Shown piece after piece: positions 58,752-64,000 of a DNA stretch of 64,000 bases (the stretch's first letter is position 1; each line of letters begins with the position of its first letter). The position numbers and the translations under genes are program-made. Where the stretch lies: NCBI GenBank assembly GCA_052035175.1, contig JBPOHV010000001.1, forward strand, positions 459,338 through 523,337, written 5' to 3'. The DNA comes from a candidate division WWE3 bacterium (GTDB lineage Bacteria; Patescibacteriota; WWE3; UBA101185; UBA10185). The notes beneath the pieces are model-generated. The model made no database searches. It was given only the letters and a program-made list of their open reading frames with translations, and was not told the origin of the DNA.

Positions 58752-59216
58752 ATGTCAAAAACAAAAAGCACAAAGATTACATATATTAAAATAAAAGAAT
58801 GGCTTAGACGCTACTTTCCTGCAGAAATTACAGCAATTATCGGTGCTATGGCAGGTGGATTAATTACACACTATATTTTTGATAATCCAATTTTAACTGC
58901 TCTCGGAGGAACGTGGGGAGAAAATATAGGTTATTACGGCAAAATGTTGCATGTAGACATTAGAGCTAGAATAAAAGTAGATGAAACAATTACACTTACA
59001 GGCTTAGTCAAAGTTCTGCGAAATAGCTTTATCGAATTTGGCTTAGCCGAATATTTTGATAGCTTTTTGATAAGGCCATTAACAATGTACTTTTTTACTC
59101 AATGGGCAGGAAACATTAGTTTAGGTTTGTTCCTTGGCAAAATTAGTGCAGATATTACTTTTTATGCACCTACAATCTTTTTTTACGAATTTCGAAGAGA
59201 ATATTTAAAAGACTAA
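58752..59216 (+). CDS. Small membrane protein
   Basis: WLRRYFPAE, EFGLAEYFDS; several hydrophobic segments. Confidence 0.6.
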   Translation: MSKTKSTKITYIKIKEWLRRYFPAEITAIIGAMAGGLITHYIFDNPILTALGGTWGENIGYYGKMLHVDIRARIKVDETITLTGLVKVLRNSFIEFGLAEYFDSFLIRPLTMYFFTQWAGNISLGLFLGKISADITFYAPTIFFYEFRREYLKD

Positions 59217-59249
59217 GTATAGATTTTTCACTGGTGTTATGTATGTACT

Positions 59250-60800
59250 TTATACTTTGTGCTTAGGTATTTTAAATAATGTAGCAGATTTAGTTTTTAT
59301 ATACCCTCTAATACTAGGCAACGCTCCTTTTTTTCTAGCGATATATACTACAAAGACTAACGTGAGTACTATTAGTAATAATACAATCAGGCTTATCAAT
59401 AAAATCATCAACGAATCGTAAAAACTAAAATTGGTAAAGTCTTTGCCAAGGATTTGACCTAATGGGACTGTTATTGCTTGAAGTGCATTTGGTGTAGTTT
59501 CTTGTATACTTTTAGGCAAGCTTGGCACAGCATCCTTTTTGCTGATTTGTGTTGTCTGGTCTTTGTCATTGTCGTCATCGTTGCTTTTTGATGGTTCAGG
59601 TTTATTTTCTGTAGTAAGCGCAGCCTCTTTTGACAACGTAAAAGTTGTATTTTTTGATGACTTAACAAAATAGCTTAATCCTGACTCTAATGAAAAGTTA
59701 TCGTTGTTATCACCACATTCATAATTAGTATAGTTTGCTTCAGTATTCTTTTCATAATAGCGAGTGTATTGAATTTCTGTAACTCCATCATATTCGCAAA
59801 GGTCACTGGCATTAGTAAACTGTGAGTTGCCTTCTATTAATGTTTTTGGAAAAGATATCAAATTCCATGAGGCTTTTAATTCGTATGTCATTGAGTTTAT
59901 GTCTGTCCATGAATCTAGTATGTCGTGTATATTTGCTTGCGGATTATCGACAGAAATAATATAACCTTCTCCAGCATTTATCTCAAAATCATTAAAAGGA
60001 AAACCTTTAACATGACCGTCCCACCCGCTATTCTTCCATCTATCAATCTCAGTTGCAAAGACACCTTCTGCATTTAATTTATCCAAAAGTTCTTTTGCTT
60101 TATTCCAACTATCTCCAGGTATACCTTTTGGTCCCCAAAATACAAAGTATGCTTTTTGTTTTTTTTCTGGTTTCCATGTACTGTAATCTGTTCCTTTTAA
60201 AAAATAAGAATGCGCTTCTTTTATCTCAAAGTTATTATCAGATGATCCACATTGATGTGACTTGTAGCCAGGTGATTCATCGATAGGTTTCAGTTGTTCT
60301 TCCATAGGTTCTGTATATGCAACTTCACTTAGTGTACTGCCTATATTTTTGCAAATGTCTTCTGCCTGAAAAATTTCATATTCTTCTTTAAATCCTTTTG
60401 GAAAGTTGATTAGGTTCCAACCAATACTTAATTCATATTCACTAGGTATATAGGTCTCATAATCATTTAGAATATTTTCGATATCAAGTTCGTTAGTAGT
60501 TATTTTCAGGAAATAACCTTCCTCAGCTTTAATATCAAAGTTATTAAATGGAAAATCTTTTATATGGCCATCCCATCCGCTATTTTTCCATCTATTTAAT
60601 TCTGTTGCTTGTATACCGTTGTTACTGAGTTTTTCCAATAATTCTTCTGCTGTATCCCAGTCGCTTGAGGGTTTTCCTGGTGTACCAAATTGTATCCAGT
60701 AATTGGTAGCAGCATTAATAGGTGCATTACCAAATAGTGTGAAAATAAACAAAAAAATAAAAAAAGCATTCAATTTATAAATAAAATGTTTAAATTGCAT
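59250..60800 (-). CDS. Secreted protein with a tandemly duplicated ~180-aa domain and C-terminal TM anchor
   Basis: Two copies of RWKNSGWDGH.K.FPFN.F.I.A.EGY and WNLI.FPK; low-complexity linker; TM plus basic tail. Confidence 0.75.
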   Translation of the reverse strand: MQFKHFIYKLNAFFIFLFIFTLFGNAPINAATNYWIQFGTPGKPSSDWDTAEELLEKLSNNGIQATELNRWKNSGWDGHIKDFPFNNFDIKAEEGYFLKITTNELDIENILNDYETYIPSEYELSIGWNLINFPKGFKEEYEIFQAEDICKNIGSTLSEVAYTEPMEEQLKPIDESPGYKSHQCGSSDNNFEIKEAHSYFLKGTDYSTWKPEKKQKAYFVFWGPKGIPGDSWNKAKELLDKLNAEGVFATEIDRWKNSGWDGHVKGFPFNDFEINAGEGYIISVDNPQANIHDILDSWTDINSMTYELKASWNLISFPKTLIEGNSQFTNASDLCEYDGVTEIQYTRYYEKNTEANYTNYECGDNNDNFSLESGLSYFVKSSKNTTFTLSKEAALTTENKPEPSKSNDDDNDKDQTTQISKKDAVPSLPKSIQETTPNALQAITVPLGQILGKDFTNFSFYDSLMILLISLIVLLLIVLTLVFVVYIARKKGALPSIRGYIKTKSATLFKIPKHKV

Positions 60801-60840
60801 GTTCAAATTATAGTCTCGGAATTTTGTTTTGTAAATTTTA

Positions 60841-61464
60841 CTAAATAAGACTGTGCCAAAGGGCTATGCTTGCGTAAGTTTTGTAGGGGGACCAACCTTT
60901 TATAATATCTTCTATTTGATCTGGTGTAGGATCTGTTAAGTTATATACTTTTTCAATCCCGCGTTTTAACCCAAGATCACCAAATGAGAATATATTTTCT
61001 CTGTGCAAATTAAACATTAAAAACATTTCTGCAGTCCATTTTCCAATGCCTTTTACAGTTATTAACTCGGAAATTACATCTTCGTCGCTAAGGTTTTCTA
61101 GATTTGATAAATCTATTTGTTTATCAAAAACCTTTTGAGCTAAATCTTTTATATATTTTACTTTTGACCAAGATAAACCGATTTCACGCAATTTAATATC
61201 TTCAGTGTCCAAGATTGCTTTGGCCGTAGCAATACTGGGCTTATATAAATCAGTAAATCTGTTATATATCGAACTAGCCGCTTTCACAGATAATTGCTGT
61301 CCTATTATTGCTCTACACAAAGCGGTAAAGTAATCATTACCCCTAAACTCTTGCCAAGGTTTAAACCATTCATTCAAGTCTATATTTTGCAAAATAGCAT
61401 AAATCTTGGGATCGTTTGTTTTGTAGTGTTCTAATATGTCACTGAAATCAGTGCGCTTAAACAT
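60841..61464 (-). CDS. DNA-3-methyladenine glycosylase II (AlkA-like)
   Basis: AIIGQQLS, VKGIGKWTAEM, GDLG, WSPYKTYA. Confidence 0.92.
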   Translation of the reverse strand: MFKRTDFSDILEHYKTNDPKIYAILQNIDLNEWFKPWQEFRGNDYFTALCRAIIGQQLSVKAASSIYNRFTDLYKPSIATAKAILDTEDIKLREIGLSWSKVKYIKDLAQKVFDKQIDLSNLENLSDEDVISELITVKGIGKWTAEMFLMFNLHRENIFSFGDLGLKRGIEKVYNLTDPTPDQIEDIIKGWSPYKTYASIALWHSLI

Positions 61465-61530
61465 AAACTGAGTTTAGCATAATAGTCATTGTCATTTTTT
61501 CTAGTAATAATCCATTATATAATTAACAAT

Positions 61531-62124
61531 ATGAATATAGATTCTTACCCATCAGATGAATTAGGAAGTTATCTCGAACACCGTTACCGCACTGCTGAGT
61601 ATTGGCTAGGTAAGCATCTGAAACTTTTAAAAAAGTTCGGACACGAAGATAAAGCAGCAGGTTGTGCGATTGCAGCAGTAGCTTTTACACATCAAGGTAA
61701 AAATAGAATAGATATACTTGATACATCTTTAGCATCGACATTACTTGGTAAGTGGCCGATATCTCCGGCTGATATTAGAAACGTGCAATTTAATACAGCC
61801 AACAAATTTGCACAATCCCCAGATTACAAGGCTACACTCTACGAAAGTTTATATTTAACTAATTTTCAAGCAATTGTTCAACCAACTGAAAGTATGTGGG
61901 TAGCATACACATCCAGAAATTCACAAGACTCAACAACCGGGCATGTTTTAGGTGCAATACATATTGGCCAAGATAAATGGGCTGTCGCGGACACAAGATA
62001 TATTCGCAATAAATTAGAACTAATCCCAAGTGTTGTCACTACAGAAGGTTTATACGATGAAGTAATGAGTTCAGCAAAAATCAATACAGACATTCATACT
62101 TATACATTTAGACCGTTTAAGTAG
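61531..62124 (+). CDS. Hypothetical protein, possible papain-like Cys-His-Asp protease
   Basis: AGCAIAA, TGHVLGA, WAVADT. Confidence 0.4.
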   Translation: MNIDSYPSDELGSYLEHRYRTAEYWLGKHLKLLKKFGHEDKAAGCAIAAVAFTHQGKNRIDILDTSLASTLLGKWPISPADIRNVQFNTANKFAQSPDYKATLYESLYLTNFQAIVQPTESMWVAYTSRNSQDSTTGHVLGAIHIGQDKWAVADTRYIRNKLELIPSVVTTEGLYDEVMSSAKINTDIHTYTFRPFK

Positions 62125-62135
62125 ATATAAATACA

Positions 62136-63464
62136 ATGAAAACAAAATATTATGTAAAAGGCATGCATTGCGCAAGCTGCGAAATACTTATAGAAAAAGG
62201 CTTGATGAAGTTGGATGAGGTTTCTGATGCTCAAGTTTCATTAAAAAATAATACTGTAGAAATAACAGCTGCAAAACAATATGATGCACAGTTTTTAACC
62301 GATAAATTTTCTGATGCGGGTTATTCGTTTTACAATGATAAGCCGCTTATAAACACAACGCAGAAAGACGTGAAACAAGTGATGTTAATCTTTGGACTTT
62401 TTGTTTTTGTGTTTTTAACATTTGAAAAAACAAGTATGTTTTCGACATTTTCTGTAAATGCCAACTCGTCAGTTTTTAATTACTTTGTCTTTGGATTATT
62501 AGCAGGCGTTTCTAGCTGTGCAGCCTTGGTAGGGGGGTTGCTCTTATCAATGTCTAAACAATGGAACACCTTATACAACGGGAATACAAAAGAAAGTAAA
62601 AAACCTTTTATATATTTCAATGTGTCTAGAATTGTAGCTTTTGGTGTTTTGGGAGGTGTGTTAGGGCTAGTAGGTACAGCATTCAAAACTACAATCTTAT
62701 TTTCCACAGCTCTTACAATAATTACGACATTAATAATGCTGAGTATAGGTTTACAAATGCTCAATATCATTTTTTTCAAAAAATTCAAATTAGCTTTGCC
62801 AAAGAAAGTAAGTAAATACATTAATACAGAATCCAACTTTACAGGAAAGTACATGCCTATGATGATAGGTGCATTAACATTCTTTTTGCCATGTGGGTTC
62901 ACATTAATTGCTCAAACAAACGCTCTTGCATCTGGGTCATTTACTCAAGGAGGGCTAATCCTTTTTGCATTTTCGTTGGGAACACTTCCAATGCTTGCTT
63001 TAATTAGTTTTTCGAGTTTCAAGTTTTATACAAATCCAAAGTTTGCAAAAAATTTTAACCTATTTGCAGGTCTACTTATAACTTTTTTTGCACTGTATAC
63101 ACTTAATGCACAATTAAATGTTTTGGGTTATCCAAGTCTTAGTGACATTAAATTTTCAGCTCAAACAACAGAGTCAACTGCTCTTACCTCTGATAATGTA
63201 CAAATTATGCAAATGGAAGCTACAACTTTTGAGTACTCTCCTTCTGTAATAAATATAAAAGCAGGTATTCCTACTAGATGGGAGATTTATAACAGTGGTG
63301 CTGCAGGATGTGCCAATGCTGTGTACGCGCGCGGGCTATATCCTGATGTTATACCATTAAAACCTGGGATGAATATTGTCGAATTTACACCTATAGAAAA
63401 AGGTAGTTATAAGGTTTCATGCTCTATGGGTATGGTTCCTCCTATAACTGTAAATGTAAATTGA
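62136..63464 (+). CDS. HMA + DsbD_2-like TM + cupredoxin-like heavy-metal protein
   Basis: GMHCASCE; SSCAALVGG and FLPCG; GCAN...SCSMGM. Confidence 0.88.
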   Translation: MKTKYYVKGMHCASCEILIEKGLMKLDEVSDAQVSLKNNTVEITAAKQYDAQFLTDKFSDAGYSFYNDKPLINTTQKDVKQVMLIFGLFVFVFLTFEKTSMFSTFSVNANSSVFNYFVFGLLAGVSSCAALVGGLLLSMSKQWNTLYNGNTKESKKPFIYFNVSRIVAFGVLGGVLGLVGTAFKTTILFSTALTIITTLIMLSIGLQMLNIIFFKKFKLALPKKVSKYINTESNFTGKYMPMMIGALTFFLPCGFTLIAQTNALASGSFTQGGLILFAFSLGTLPMLALISFSSFKFYTNPKFAKNFNLFAGLLITFFALYTLNAQLNVLGYPSLSDIKFSAQTTESTALTSDNVQIMQMEATTFEYSPSVINIKAGIPTRWEIYNSGAAGCANAVYARGLYPDVIPLKPGMNIVEFTPIEKGSYKVSCSMGMVPPITVNVN

Positions 63465-63466
63465 AT

Positions 63467-63982
63467 TTAGTCTTGTTCAATTACTTTATAAGCAACGATC
63501 GATGCAGCGACGTGGACATTGAGGGAATAATTTTTGCCATACATAGGTATATAAACAACTTCATCAGAATGGGCTAAAACCGAATCATAAACGCCTTGTA
63601 CTTCGTTACCCAAGACTAAACAAACTTTTTTGCCATAATCAGCAGTACCATATTCAATAGATTTATCAGTTACTTCCAAAGACACAATTTTATAGCCATC
63701 AGCTTTTAGCTCTTTCAAAGCTTCTTCTGCAGTACCATAATGTTTCCAGTCTACGCGTGCTTCTTGACCCATAGAAGTTACTGCAATATCTGAATTTGGT
63801 GGAGTAGGGGTTCTGCCGGTTAAAATGACTTTTTTAGCCCCAGTAGCATCGGCCAGTCTAAAGATATGGCCTACGTTAAAAGGGCTTTCAAAGCTTAGTA
63901 GTACAAATACAAGATCTACATCGTGCATTTGTACATTTTTATTAAAGAATTTCTTAATCTTTGGACGATTTAAAGGTTTCAT
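63467..63982 (-). CDS. SpoU/TrmH family RNA methyltransferase
   Basis: NVGHIFR, LVLGNE..G, IPMYG...SLNVHVA. Confidence 0.92.
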   Translation of the reverse strand: MKPLNRPKIKKFFNKNVQMHDVDLVFVLLSFESPFNVGHIFRLADATGAKKVILTGRTPTPPNSDIAVTSMGQEARVDWKHYGTAEEALKELKADGYKIVSLEVTDKSIEYGTADYGKKVCLVLGNEVQGVYDSVLAHSDEVVYIPMYGKNYSLNVHVAASIVAYKVIEQD

Positions 63983-64000
63983 AATGAAATAATGATGTTT

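Overview
Gene-dense, AT-rich bacterial chromosome segment read with the standard code. Gene content (sortase, many short orphans, RRM protein, giant FN3 surface proteins, widespread apparently leaderless genes) suggests a Patescibacteria/CPR organism; this is inference only. From left to right: the polA 3' end, a zinc-finger Clp ATPase, rplS, assorted small genes, and tRNA-Lys preceded by a disrupted partial copy of itself. Next is a 15-kb minus-strand glycan operon ending in a sortase and its LANTG substrate, then a divergent two-component system and three large secreted proteins. These are followed by a ~6.8-kb element integrated at tRNA-Glu, an ABC exporter with a 1949-aa propeller/LamG/FN3 protein, tRNA-His and repair/metal genes. 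The most notable object is the tRNA-Glu element (40810-47584). Its 9-bp att core lies in frame inside the serine recombinase gene, so excision would swap a 10-aa tRNA-antisense tail for a 32-aa tail encoded at the far end. It also carries two promoter-linked structured leader RNAs with the same loop-to-downstream pairing design, a small-terminase-like gene and probable defence cargo. No CRISPR array, rRNA or transposase was seen. All product calls are by eye from motifs; no searches were run.
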